DNA of 62,774 nt from an uncultured Thermoplasmatales archaeon (GCA_964384785.1 CAYLLH010000049.1:1-62774); one strand, 5' to 3'. Positions 1 to 9,355 are shown, numbered from the stretch's first letter. Numbers and translations are program-made. The notes: a model not told the origin generated them from the letters alone.

Positions 1-108
1 CCCATCCATCCTAGTGCATATGCAGTTGCAACTGCATATACAAATCTATTTCTAGTAATAAAAAGATTCCTATTTAATGATTATCTAAAAAAACAATAAG
101 TAAATAAG

Positions 109-183
109 TGGGCCCGCCCGAATTCGAATCGGAGTCCATGGCTCCCAAAGCCACGAGGATAAACCAAGCTACCCCACGGGCCC
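109..183 (-). tRNA. tRNA-Pro (anticodon TGG)
   Basis: Reverse complement folds as a cloverleaf. Acceptor GGGCCCG/CGGGCCC, anticodon stem GTGGC/GCCAT with loop TTTGGGA (TGG), T-loop TTCGAAT, discriminator A. GC-rich island in AT-rich DNA; CCA not encoded. Confidence 0.9.
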
Positions 184-281
184 ATGAGGTAAAGAATTTT
201 TTTTGGGAAGAGGTATTGAAGACTGATATTTAAAAACTTTTATCAAACAAAAAACAGTTTCAGTTTCTGATTTGATGTTTT

Positions 282-1028
282 ATGGATTTTAATTTTAAAA
301 AACCATTGCATATTCTTGCTTTATTTTTTCTTAGTTTATCTTTTTTAATTATTGTTGTTATGCCTGTTTTTTCTTTTTTTGGTTTTTTTGGTACTGCCGA
401 AACAGAAAATCTTGAACAAATTAATCAATTATCGCCTTCTTTTAGATTAATGTTTGAAATAATTACATTACTTATTCAGTTTGCGTTGGTTATTTTTTTT
501 ATGATTTTTGTTCCATTGATCTGGTATCTTCTGGTTAATAGATATGATTTGAAAAAAATTTTTAAAAGTTTGATGTTGAAGAAAAAAAATCTTGATAAAT
601 TGTTGGTTTTTGCAGGGATAGCAGCAGTTTTAATGTTTTTAGTGATTTTTATTATGGAGTCTGTTTTGATTGAAGCTGGTTTTGAAGTAGAGGATTTAGG
701 TAACGCTCAGGATATCGCTAATATTTTTTCGCCTGTTACTATGTTTATTCTTGTTGTTTTTCAACCAATTCCTGAAGAAATTTTCTTTAGAGGTTTTTTA
801 TTAGATAAAGCTAATTCTTTGTGGGGTAAACATTTTGCTGTTTTGTTTACAGCGGTTTTATTTGGTGTTGCTCATCTTTCATATCAAAAGTTTATTCCAG
901 GTTTATTGATCATCTTTATAGGTTTAATTTTAGGTTATTTGGTTTTAAAAACTCGTAATCTCTATTCTGCTATTTTTGCTCATATTTTGTTTAACGTTAC
1001 AAGTTTCCTATGGCTTATGTTAGGATAG
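282..1028 (+). CDS. CPBP family intramembrane glutamic endopeptidase (CAAX protease / Abi family)
   Basis: Polytopic membrane protein with the three family motifs in canonical order: EEIFFRGFL, FGVAHL, HILFN. Confidence 0.8.
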   Translation: MDFNFKKPLHILALFFLSLSFLIIVVMPVFSFFGFFGTAETENLEQINQLSPSFRLMFEIITLLIQFALVIFFMIFVPLIWYLLVNRYDLKKIFKSLMLKKKNLDKLLVFAGIAAVLMFLVIFIMESVLIEAGFEVEDLGNAQDIANIFSPVTMFILVVFQPIPEEIFFRGFLLDKANSLWGKHFAVLFTAVLFGVAHLSYQKFIPGLLIIFIGLILGYLVLKTRNLYSAIFAHILFNVTSFLWLMLG

Positions 1029-1112
1029 TTTTTTTGTGGGTTAATTCTTTAAAGGGTTTGTATATGCGATTATTTGTAATTAGTAAAAAATGTTTGTTAA
1101 TGGTGAGATTTT

Positions 1113-1574
1113 ATGGTTAAGCAAAGGACTTTTGTTATGGTTAAACCGGATGCGGTTCAAAGAGGTTTGATTGGTGAAATCATTAGTCGTTTTGAAATAA
1201 AAGGTGTTAAAATTGTTGGTATGAAAATGGTTTCTGTTAGTAGGGCTCTTGCGGAGAAACATTATGGTGTTCATAAGGGTAAACCTTTTTTTGAGCCGAC
1301 TGTTAAGTATATTTGTAGTTCGCCTGTTGTTGCTGTGGTTCTTGAGGGTGAGAATGTTATTGATATGGTTCGTGGTATGATGGGTAAAACTAATCCTCAG
1401 GATGCCTCGCCGGGTACTATTCGTGGTGATTTTGGTCAGTTTATTGGTCGTAATATTGTTCATGGTTCTGATGGTGAGGATACTGCTGAGTTTGAGATTA
1501 ATTTGTGGTTTGATGATGATGAACTTTGTGATTATACGCGTATTGACGAAAAGTGGTTGACCGAGGAGCGATAA
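1113..1574 (+). CDS. ndk: nucleoside diphosphate kinase
   Basis: RTFVMVKPDAVQRGLIGEII N-terminus and active-site NIVHGSD. SD-like GGTGAG 5 nt upstream of the ATG. Confidence 0.95.
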   Translation: MVKQRTFVMVKPDAVQRGLIGEIISRFEIKGVKIVGMKMVSVSRALAEKHYGVHKGKPFFEPTVKYICSSPVVAVVLEGENVIDMVRGMMGKTNPQDASPGTIRGDFGQFIGRNIVHGSDGEDTAEFEINLWFDDDELCDYTRIDEKWLTEER

Positions 1575-1649
1575 AAAATTTTGTATAACACATGTTAACG
1601 GTTTTTCCGTTGCATTTAAATTGTTTTATTTGTTACGGGTTGTAATCTC

Positions 1650-2573
1650 ATGTCTTTTGATAGAAAAACTCTTGTTATTCCAGATGGGACGCGCTTTGAA
1701 GAAAAAATCATTACCACTACTGGTGATGTAGTAATTGCAGATAGATGCCTATTTAGATTTGGGATTAAAACAGATGGACGAATCTTTGTTGGTGAACATG
1801 CAATAATTGATGGTGCGTTAGAAGCTGAAGGAGATGTTCGTGTTGATAATTTTAGTAGCATCGGTGGAGATGTGAAAAGTGGTTGCAATGTGTACTTCGG
1901 TGAAAAATGTAAAATCAAAGGTAAACTTTCTTTAGATGGAGATCTCGATGTTGGAGATAGTGTTGAGTTAGAAAATGGTTTTGAAGCCAAAGGATGGATT
2001 AATATAAGAAGCCCCATACCAATGGTAATATATATTTTTATATATATGGTACAACTTTTAAAAATGGGACATAGCGAAGAAATCGAAAGAATACTAGAAG
2101 AAATGGAAAAAAACGAAGGAGACACAATACCAATATCAGAAACATTCATGTACATACCCAACAACTCAATAGTAGGAATACAAAAATCAAAAGTAGATTC
2201 CAACCTCCAAATAGGAAAAAACTCCAAAATACTCGGAAACTTTGATGTAAAAGGAAACATCTTTATCAACGAAGAATCAACAATCCACGGTAGTCTCAAA
2301 TCAACAGGAGACGTCTACTGCGGAAAAAAAACAGAAATCAAGGGTAACATAGAATCCTCTGGAGATGTAAAAATCGAAGAAAAAACAGAAATCAACGGAA
2401 ATATAACTGCAGACAAAATATATATGTCAAAAAAAGCAAACGTTGAAAATGAACTTTTTGCAAAAAAAGGAATAACATTTATCTCTCCATCAAAACTTAA
2501 GGCAGAGGAAAAAATTAAACGTTTTGAAAAAAATATCGACGTTGTTGATGAAGTAGAACAAATGTTGGAGTAA
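1650..2573 (+). CDS. bactofilin-like (polymer-forming cytoskeletal, beta-helix repeat) protein with two repeat domains and a central hydrophobic helix
   Basis: Two blocks of short G/D/V/I-periodic repeats (e.g. GDVVIADRCLFRFGIKTDGRIFVGEHAIIDGALEAEGDVRVD and GNIFINEESTIHGSLKSTGDVYCGKKTEIKGNIESSGDVKIEEKTEINGNITAD). They are separated by PIPMVIYIFIYMVQLL plus an acidic helix. Confidence 0.5.
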   Translation: MSFDRKTLVIPDGTRFEEKIITTTGDVVIADRCLFRFGIKTDGRIFVGEHAIIDGALEAEGDVRVDNFSSIGGDVKSGCNVYFGEKCKIKGKLSLDGDLDVGDSVELENGFEAKGWINIRSPIPMVIYIFIYMVQLLKMGHSEEIERILEEMEKNEGDTIPISETFMYIPNNSIVGIQKSKVDSNLQIGKNSKILGNFDVKGNIFINEESTIHGSLKSTGDVYCGKKTEIKGNIESSGDVKIEEKTEINGNITADKIYMSKKANVENELFAKKGITFISPSKLKAEEKIKRFEKNIDVVDEVEQMLE

Positions 2574-2582
2574 AAAAACATT

Positions 2583-3788
2583 ATGGGTATGCAAATAGGA
2601 ATCGTTGGAAAACCCAACGTAGGTAAATCCACTTTTTTTAATGCTGCTACTGATGCAGAAGCAGAAATTGCAAATTATCCTTTTACAACCATTGATGCCA
2701 ACCGCGGCGTAATGTATGTTAGAAAACCATGTCCTTGTAAACACTTTGAAGTAACATGCACACCAAATAACTCAAAATGTATAGATGGAACAAGATTTGT
2801 TCCAATAGAAGCCATAGATGTAGCAGGACTAGTACCAGATGCCTACAAAGGAAAAGGACTAGGAAACAAATTCTTAGATGAACTACGACAAGCAGACTCA
2901 CTCATACACATCGTAGATGGATCAGGAAGTACAGATGCCAAAGGAAACCCCTGTGGAAAAGGAAAATACAATCCAATAAACGATGTAGAATTTTTGGAAA
3001 AAGAAATCAACTACTGGTTCAATCAAATAATAAAAAAAAGCTGGGAATCAATAGCAAGAAAATGTGAACTAGAAGGAAAAAAAATCGAAGACCTACTCTC
3101 AGATAAATTAACAGGTTTAGGTATCAAAGAAGAATACATACATGATGCTATTAGAAAAGCAGATTTAGACTATGAAAAACCATCCTTATGCACCGATGAA
3201 GATCTTTTGAAACTTTCTGATGTCTTAAGAAAAACGAGTAAACCCATGCTAATAGCATTCAACAAATGCGATCTCATACAAGATGATATAACCGAAAAAA
3301 TTAAAGAAATAGAAAAACAAGGATACATAGTAGTACCAACAAGTGCAGAATCCGAGCTAGCCCTAGTAAATGCTATGGAAAAAAAACTAATAGATTACAC
3401 CCCTGGAGCAGACGATTTTAATATAATACAAAAACAGGATCTGTCAGAAAAACAACTAAAAGCACTAAATTACATTAAAGAACATATCCTACAACGATTT
3501 GGTTCAACAGGTGTTCAAAAATGTATAGAAAAATCAGTACAAATACTTGATCTAATAGTTGTTTACCCTGTTGAAGATGAAACACATTTAACTGATAAAA
3601 AAAATCGCGTTCTCCCCGATGCATATTTTATGAAAAAGGGAAGTACCGCCCAAGATCTTGCCTTCAAAGTACATACAGACATTGGAAATAATTTCATTCG
3701 AGCTGTGGATGCAAAAACAAAAAGAGTAATCGGATCTGATCATCAACTAGAAGATGGAGATGTTATAAGAATCGTAGCTGATTCATAA
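2583..3788 (+). CDS. Obg-like GTPase/ATPase of the YchF/OLA1 type with C-terminal TGS-like domain
   Basis: G1 GIVGKPNVGKSTFFNAAT, G3 DVAGLV, NKCD (G4), C-terminal DGDVIRIV typical of a TGS fold. Confidence 0.8.
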   Translation: MGMQIGIVGKPNVGKSTFFNAATDAEAEIANYPFTTIDANRGVMYVRKPCPCKHFEVTCTPNNSKCIDGTRFVPIEAIDVAGLVPDAYKGKGLGNKFLDELRQADSLIHIVDGSGSTDAKGNPCGKGKYNPINDVEFLEKEINYWFNQIIKKSWESIARKCELEGKKIEDLLSDKLTGLGIKEEYIHDAIRKADLDYEKPSLCTDEDLLKLSDVLRKTSKPMLIAFNKCDLIQDDITEKIKEIEKQGYIVVPTSAESELALVNAMEKKLIDYTPGADDFNIIQKQDLSEKQLKALNYIKEHILQRFGSTGVQKCIEKSVQILDLIVVYPVEDETHLTDKKNRVLPDAYFMKKGSTAQDLAFKVHTDIGNNFIRAVDAKTKRVIGSDHQLEDGDVIRIVADS

Positions 3789-3798
3789 AAATTTTTTT

Positions 3799-5625
3799 TT
3801 ATTTTTTTAATACACCGCTTTCTCCACAGTGTGGACATTTAATTTGGACAACATTTTCATCATCGTTAGTGTTTACATCAAACTCGGTTTTACATTTTGG
3901 GCAACGAACCGTTAACACATCAACTGTTCTGTCTTCAACATTTTCTACTGTTTCATCATGAATATTTTCTTCTGAAGGTATTTTCTTTTCTTCATATTTT
4001 TCATTTATCTGTTCTTTTTCCTCAATAGTTTGTTCCATTGTAACATTTATATTTTCAGCAGTTGTTTCTAAAACTGGAGAATTATTTTCTGGTTTTTCAT
4101 CTGGTTTTAAATCTTTATCATTTCTTTGCGGTTCTTTATTATCCACATTCTTTGCTTTATCTCGATTTTCTTCTAAAAATTTCATTATTTCAGCACGAGC
4201 TTGTTCTTTACTAAAACTACTTTTAATTCCCGGTTCTTCAGTTTTAAACTGATCTTGTTTCTCCTCATTATCATTTTGAACAATTTTTTCTTCTCCTGAA
4301 AAATCAGTAGAACCCTTATCTTGTTTTCTTTCACTTAATCTTTTTTGAAACTTTGTAAGAAAAGTTTTTTCAAAAGCATCAGAGTTTTCAATTTTATCAT
4401 CATCTGAACTATGTAAAACCTCTTTTGTTTTCTCTAACTCTTGTTTTCCACCAGAAGAGTCTCCAAAAACAGAAACCTGTTTTTGTTGAGGATATTTTTG
4501 TTCATTTTTTTCTGTTGTTTTTTCAATTTTAAGATCATCTTTTTCATCTATTTCTTCTTCAAACTCAAAACCCTCTGCTTTTCCTTCATCTTCGACGTCG
4601 TCTTCTGTAACGTCTACATATTCATTTTCTGTTTCCTTTGCTTTTTTACTAAAATCGTAATCATTTTTTTCTGAGCCTATTTTTTCATTTTTTAATTTTT
4701 GTGTTTCATTATCAACAACAGGGCCTCTAAATTCACTTTCTTTATCTTTTTCTTTTTTTTCACTTAATTTTTCATCTTGATCAAAAAAAGGTTTTCCTTC
4801 CTCAAAAGATGACTTATCATTTTTATGTTGTTTATAATCAGATTGATTAATGAAATCATCAGAAATATTATCTTTGGAATTTTTTTTAAAATCGTTTTGG
4901 TCATCATCAAAAAAACCAGTTTTCTGATTAACCTGATTATTAAGATCATCTCCTTGGAAACCTGCAGGAAGTTTTATATCTTTACTAGGTTTTGAAAGTT
5001 TCTCAGAATCTGGTGGATCTAAGAAAAGTTTTTGTTTTTGTGATTCAGCAGCTTTCCTCCAAATTTCTTTGTCTTCTTCAACTTCAATTTTTTTCAAAGG
5101 AGTAAGACAACTAGGTGCAACAAGTAAAGTATAATACACAGATAGAATCATAAGAAAAATAATTGAAATCATAGGAAGATAATAGTAATTCAATCCAGGT
5201 AGAACATAGGATGGATAAACAGATGCAGATAAACCCTGGATACCATTTATAATCATATAATTAAAAATAAAGGCAAGAAAACTAGAAATCACAGTAATTA
5301 AACTTCCTGATAAAATAAACAATAAACCTATAGTATCATACTCTGGAGATGTATAAATTGATAATCCAAGTTGAGAAAAAAGTGCAAAAATTAACATAAT
5401 CCACATTGATATAATTAACAACTCAATATTCTCGGATAAACCCAGGATTTCTTCATCAGCACTTTTCTTCATCATATTCAAATTAAAGTAAAGGTTATCC
5501 TGAACCGGGTGTGTTTCATCGATAGAAAACCAGGGTATATAATAACAGAAGAATAAGCCTATCATTAAAACTATTATGAACCATGAATTTATAATCCGTA
5601 TTTTTCTATACAGTTTTTCATCCAT
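3799..5625 (-). CDS. membrane protein: N-terminal multi-TM core, long Lys/Glu/Asp-rich low-complexity region, C-terminal zinc ribbon
   Basis: About 5 hydrophobic segments in the first 180 aa, roughly 380 aa of K/E/D-rich sequence, then a terminal CPKCKTEF..17..CPHCGESG. No family recognised. Confidence 0.6.
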   Translation of the reverse strand: MDEKLYRKIRIINSWFIIVLMIGLFFCYYIPWFSIDETHPVQDNLYFNLNMMKKSADEEILGLSENIELLIISMWIMLIFALFSQLGLSIYTSPEYDTIGLLFILSGSLITVISSFLAFIFNYMIINGIQGLSASVYPSYVLPGLNYYYLPMISIIFLMILSVYYTLLVAPSCLTPLKKIEVEEDKEIWRKAAESQKQKLFLDPPDSEKLSKPSKDIKLPAGFQGDDLNNQVNQKTGFFDDDQNDFKKNSKDNISDDFINQSDYKQHKNDKSSFEEGKPFFDQDEKLSEKKEKDKESEFRGPVVDNETQKLKNEKIGSEKNDYDFSKKAKETENEYVDVTEDDVEDEGKAEGFEFEEEIDEKDDLKIEKTTEKNEQKYPQQKQVSVFGDSSGGKQELEKTKEVLHSSDDDKIENSDAFEKTFLTKFQKRLSERKQDKGSTDFSGEEKIVQNDNEEKQDQFKTEEPGIKSSFSKEQARAEIMKFLEENRDKAKNVDNKEPQRNDKDLKPDEKPENNSPVLETTAENINVTMEQTIEEKEQINEKYEEKKIPSEENIHDETVENVEDRTVDVLTVRCPKCKTEFDVNTNDDENVVQIKCPHCGESGVLKK

Positions 5626-5634
5626 TATTTTTTT

Positions 5635-6459
5635 CTAACCACCATAAAACGAAAAAGGCGTTTCTTTTTTATCTGTAACATCAATTTTACTACGCATCTT
5701 TTTCATATAAATCTTGATTATACTAAACGCTGCTTTTATAACGATAAGTAAAACAATCGATAATATTATCGGAACAGGAAATAAAATAAAAATATTTTGT
5801 GTATTTATGAAATTATTATTATAACTCAAAAGAGGATAAACACTAAAAAATCTCACCACTGTAAATAAAAGAAAAAAACAAGCCAATATAACTAAACATG
5901 AAAAAGAAGTATGAAATAGCATAAAACCATTCTTAAAAACTTGTTTAGATCTGTCAAGTATCTGAAAAATAATAAAAATAACTGCCATCAAAGCTAAAAA
6001 AATAAAACCAAATGTAAGGATATTTGCTGAACTCTTAAAATCATTAAAACTAATACCAATAAAATTTGAACTATGAACTGTAGCATTAACCTCAGGTGTA
6101 TCAAAAATATTTAAAACTTCAGGATTTTCGATATCTGAAGCATCCTCATTAGAATAAACAAATTTTTCAATTTCTTGTTTACCTGAACTATCATCACATT
6201 TAACATAAACCCAGGGAAGAAGATTAGTTATAACTAAACAAATAATTGCAATTATCAAAAGAAGGATCCCGGATTTCAAAAAAGGTTTTTTTTCCGTATT
6301 TTTTACCTTAGTATCTTTTTTTCTTCTTGATTTTTCTGCTTTTTTAAAATTTTCATCTAAAATTTGATCTTTAGAGAGTTGTTCTCTTTTTGCTTCTCTG
6401 AAAAATTCATCATCTGATACAATGTCATCATAGTAACTCATAGTTCTATGTCTCTCCAT
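5635..6459 (-). CDS. membrane protein, paralogous in its TM core to the downstream 608-aa protein
   Basis: N-terminal Lys-rich cytoplasmic segment, then TM1 ending in LLPWVYV (compare YYIPWFSI in 3799..5625), an extracellular loop and three more TMs. SD GGAGGG 4 nt upstream of the ATG. Confidence 0.6.
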   Translation of the reverse strand: MERHRTMSYYDDIVSDDEFFREAKREQLSKDQILDENFKKAEKSRRKKDTKVKNTEKKPFLKSGILLLIIAIICLVITNLLPWVYVKCDDSSGKQEIEKFVYSNEDASDIENPEVLNIFDTPEVNATVHSSNFIGISFNDFKSSANILTFGFIFLALMAVIFIIFQILDRSKQVFKNGFMLFHTSFSCLVILACFFLLFTVVRFFSVYPLLSYNNNFINTQNIFILFPVPIILSIVLLIVIKAAFSIIKIYMKKMRSKIDVTDKKETPFSFYGG

Positions 6460-6523
6460 TTCCCTCCTTTGTACTATTTAGAAGCATTTTTCGCTTATTA
6501 AAACTTTTGACATTTTTTTTTAT

Positions 6524-6557
6524 TTGCATATGTAGATGTTTTGTACTTGCATATGTA
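6524..6557. repeat. two direct copies of TTGCATATGTA (6524..6534 and 6547..6557) in a divergent intergenic region
   Basis: Exact 11-mer repeated with 23-bp periodicity between the divergent genes 5635..6459(-) and 6586/6676..7008(+). Each copy contains the CATATG palindrome. Confidence 0.6.
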
Positions 6558-6675
6558 TCTGCGAAATAGTTTTTTATAATCTACATTGCTTACTTTTTTA
6601 TTGGGATCGCTCCAAAAAAAATTATTATATTTACTAGGAGGAAAAATAGTATTGCATAGAAGAAATGATCAGAGG

Positions 6676-7008
6676 ATGTTCTCAAATTTTTTGGATAAAA
6701 AAATACCATTTGAAGATTTACCGGTCAAAACAATGAGAGTTACTATTCATGCATTAAGATGGGTTTTTTTACTTATCTTCTTGTTTGTAATAATAGGTAT
6801 ATTTGTTTTGTTTCTAACTGGTGGAGGTGAATACATTCAACTTATTATAGGATATAGTATTACAGGTTTTTTCACCTTTTTTATGGGATATTTCGGATGG
6901 ATTTTAGCTCAAAGTGTTATAGAAACAATAACTGGTAGAGATGCACCTGAAGACCAAAGTGTTTCATACTATGTTAGTAAAAAAAGAAGTAAAAAATACA
7001 AATATTGA
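6676..7008 (+). CDS. small membrane protein (two or three TM)
   Basis: ORF-track frame 6586..7008 begins at TTG. ATG at 6676 (MFSNFLDKK) is the first ATG. An in-frame TTG at 6652 sits 8 nt after AGGAGG and is an alternative start. Confidence 0.5.
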   Translation: MFSNFLDKKIPFEDLPVKTMRVTIHALRWVFLLIFLFVIIGIFVLFLTGGGEYIQLIIGYSITGFFTFFMGYFGWILAQSVIETITGRDAPEDQSVSYYVSKKRSKKYKY

Positions 7009-7092
7009 AAGTTATTCTTTTTTCAAATTGTTTATTAACACCTTTTTTTATTTTTTTTTAATAAAAATTAGATTTTGAAGGTATAATATAAA

Positions 7093-7929
7093 ATGATAAT
7101 TTTTGATAATCATCTTCATCTTCGTAGACATGGACGATTTATTGATGCGATTAGGGATTTTGAAAAAACTGGTGGCACACATTTTGTTTTATGTCAGTAT
7201 CCCCACCCAGAAAAAGCTTTAGAGAACAATTCATATAAAAAAAATTATGATGAAACAGTTATGATGGCTAAGGAAGTTGAAGAAAAAACAAGTGTTACTG
7301 CTTATATCACTGTAGGTCCTTACCCTGTAGATTATCTTTTTTTCAAAAAAAGAATTGGTGGAAAGAAAGCTGTTACTCTGATGAAAAAAGGTATGGATGA
7401 GGCAGCATTTTTTTGTGAAGAATATGATAAATGTATCGGGATTGGTGAGATAGGTCGTCCTCATTTTGATGTTGATGAAAAAATTTTTGAGGATTCAAAT
7501 GAAATACTTTTGTATGGTATGAAGTGCGCAAAAGAGGTTGATGTTCCTGTGGTTTTGCATACTGAGAGTACTACTCCTCAAACCTGTGAAGAGTTTGTAG
7601 AGATGGGGAAAAAAACTGGGCTATCTGCTGATAAAATAGTTAAACATTATTCTCCACCTTTGATATTAGAAAATGAAAATTTTGGTTTGATGCCATCTGT
7701 TCTTGCTAGTAAAAAAAATATTGGTGCTGCTGTTAAGAAAGGTTTTCGTTTTATGATGGAAACAGATTATATTGATGATCCTAAGCGTCCTGGTGCAGTT
7801 TTGGGTCCTAAAACTGTTCCAAAGAGAACAAAGCAACTTCTTGAGGATGGAATTGTATCTGAAAAAGAAATTAACATGATTCATAAGATAAATCCTGAGA
7901 AAACTTATGGGATTGAATTAAAAGAGTAG
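7093..7929 (+). CDS. TatD-related metal-dependent hydrolase (TIM-barrel amidohydrolase fold)
   Basis: N-terminal IFDNHLHL (HxH), EIGRPHF, VVLHTES metal-ligand-like motifs; length typical of archaeal TatD-like proteins. Confidence 0.65.
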   Translation: MIIFDNHLHLRRHGRFIDAIRDFEKTGGTHFVLCQYPHPEKALENNSYKKNYDETVMMAKEVEEKTSVTAYITVGPYPVDYLFFKKRIGGKKAVTLMKKGMDEAAFFCEEYDKCIGIGEIGRPHFDVDEKIFEDSNEILLYGMKCAKEVDVPVVLHTESTTPQTCEEFVEMGKKTGLSADKIVKHYSPPLILENENFGLMPSVLASKKNIGAAVKKGFRFMMETDYIDDPKRPGAVLGPKTVPKRTKQLLEDGIVSEKEINMIHKINPEKTYGIELKE

Positions 7930-7978
7930 GTTTTTAAATAAGTTATTTTATTTGAGTTTTTAGAGGAGTATTTTATTT

Positions 7979-8404
7979 ATGACTGCAAAAAAACCAAAAC
8001 CAGGATTATTAAGCTTTTTAGCTGATAGGAATAATCTTCTTATTTTGTTGATAATAGTCGTCATCATAGCTGTAGCGCTTTTAATATTAAGCTCAGAACC
8101 TGAGGAAAAAATTTTGAATATATCTGATATTAACCAGAATGCTGAAAAATATATTGGTAAAGAGGTTAATGTTATTGCTTATTATGATTCAGATTTTAAT
8201 ATGATACATGAGGAAAGTAGTTCTCAATTGCAACAAAGTAATTACGATCCAAAAAAGCAGATGGATGTTGATCTGTCGAATTTAAATCAGACTCAGGTAG
8301 ATAATATTCAAGAGGGTTCTGAATATTTGTTTACAGGTAAAGTCGTTGAAGGTAATTTAGGTAACATTGTTTTAGAGGTCTCTAAATTTGAAAGACATCG
8401 ATAA
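7979..8404 (+). CDS. N-terminally anchored hypothetical protein
   Basis: Single TM (LLILLIIVVIIAVALLIL) followed by a roughly 100-aa soluble domain. No family recognised. Confidence 0.5.
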   Translation: MTAKKPKPGLLSFLADRNNLLILLIIVVIIAVALLILSSEPEEKILNISDINQNAEKYIGKEVNVIAYYDSDFNMIHEESSSQLQQSNYDPKKQMDVDLSNLNQTQVDNIQEGSEYLFTGKVVEGNLGNIVLEVSKFERHR

Positions 8405-8413
8405 GTGGTTTTT

Positions 8414-9184
8414 TTAACCTATATACTTGAGTTCTTCGGATCTATCCTTGGAACCAGTCATTCCTTCTATTTCTTTTAGTTGTTCAGCAATGGTTTCTAT
8501 TTCTTTTGCTTTTTTCTCTAGTGCTTTCAAGGAAACATCGATATTTGTCAGTTTCATAATTATTTTTAAAACAGCTTTAGCACTTTTCGGGTCAACTAAA
8601 TAACCAGGTGTTTCACCCATCAAACAAGCGCCTTTTAAGCCTCTTTGTTTACCAAGTCCAAGAATAAGTCCACTTGCTCCAACTATTCCTCCACCAGGTT
8701 CATTTTTCTTAAAAACTGCACCTTGTTTTTTAAGTTTTTTAACCCAGTTTTTATGTGTTGTTGCACAAAGAACCTCAGGTTTCTCTATTTCTTGACCCAA
8801 GCCGTATCCACCAAGAGTGTACATTTCTTTTACACCGAATTCTTCACAGATGTCAATAATTTTACTTACAAGCTCATATTGTCCTTGTGAAGAAAGACCT
8901 TGATAATCACCAGTTAAGAGAACAAGATCTGGTTGATTTTTCTTTTTTGCTTTCCAATAATAAAACTCATTATTAACCAGTTTAATCGTACCATCACTGT
9001 TAATAAAAACCTGTGGTGGGAAATCCTTGCTGTTTATCTCTACAAATTTTTCTGCTTCTAATACATCTATCAGATGTTCTACTGCTAATTTTCCAACATT
9101 TCCAATACCGGGTAGTCCTTCGATTAACACAGGGTTTTTAAGTTTCGGTTTTTTTCCAATGAAATTAGCTGTTACCAAATCCAT
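8414..9184 (-). CDS. PAC2-family proteasome assembly chaperone
   Basis: N-terminal LIEGLPGIGNVGKLAVEHLI signature, about 250 aa. Sits in the conserved archaeal position downstream of aIF2-alpha and Nop10. Confidence 0.75.
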   Translation of the reverse strand: MDLVTANFIGKKPKLKNPVLIEGLPGIGNVGKLAVEHLIDVLEAEKFVEINSKDFPPQVFINSDGTIKLVNNEFYYWKAKKKNQPDLVLLTGDYQGLSSQGQYELVSKIIDICEEFGVKEMYTLGGYGLGQEIEKPEVLCATTHKNWVKKLKKQGAVFKKNEPGGGIVGASGLILGLGKQRGLKGACLMGETPGYLVDPKSAKAVLKIIMKLTNIDVSLKALEKKAKEIETIAEQLKEIEGMTGSKDRSEELKYIG

Positions 9185-9190
9185 AAATTA

Positions 9191-9355
9191 TCACTTCATT
9201 TTATCCATTTTTTTTAATTTTCTTCTGTATCTGCCATATCGGTCTTGTGGTGAATAACGTGGAGGATGTTTAATAATTGTTTTATTTCCACAATTTTTAC
9301 ATTTTTTTTCAAGAGTATAAACTTTACATTTTTTACAATAAAAAAGATTAGTCAT
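9191..9355 (-). CDS. nop10: H/ACA RNP protein Nop10 (54 aa; absent from the ORF track)
   Basis: My translation: MTNLFYCKKCKVYTLEKKCKNCGNKTIIKHPPRYSPQDRYGRYRRKLKKMDKMK. Zinc ribbon CxxC..CxxC followed by the PPRYSPxDxYxxYR motif. Conserved synteny after aIF2-alpha. Confidence 0.9.
   Translation of the reverse strand: MTNLFYCKKCKVYTLEKKCKNCGNKTIIKHPPRYSPQDRYGRYRRKLKKMDKMK

Noticed and set aside
1-99. Open frame from the window edge to TAA at 97..99 (PIHPSAYAVATAYTNLFLVIKRFLFNDYLKKQ) and a perfect 22-bp palindrome ATATGCAGTTGCAACTGCATAT at 18..39
   Set aside because: Possibly the 3' end of a truncated plus-strand membrane-protein gene, but 32 codons at the edge cannot be supported. The palindrome is real, but without left-hand context I cannot tell a terminator or operator from chance coding symmetry.
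1080-2744. ORF-track entries 1080..1463(-), 1616..2299(-), 2315..2632(-), 2490..2744(-) and 2719..2901(-), which overlap ndk, the bactofilin-like gene and the GTPase on the opposite strand
   Set aside because: They lie antisense to genes with strong motif support. Their translations are low-complexity (Asn/Thr/Ser/Ile-rich) as expected from antisense frames of AT-rich coding DNA, with no motifs or SD sites.
3960-5100. Lys/Glu/Asp-rich repetitive coding stretches (here and in 23987..24868, 28900..29348, 41353..42465) as tandem-repeat or satellite elements
   Set aside because: Apart from the 47-nt duplication at 41945..42129, these are compositionally biased coding sequence without exact nucleotide periodicity. 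They are treated as low-complexity protein regions.
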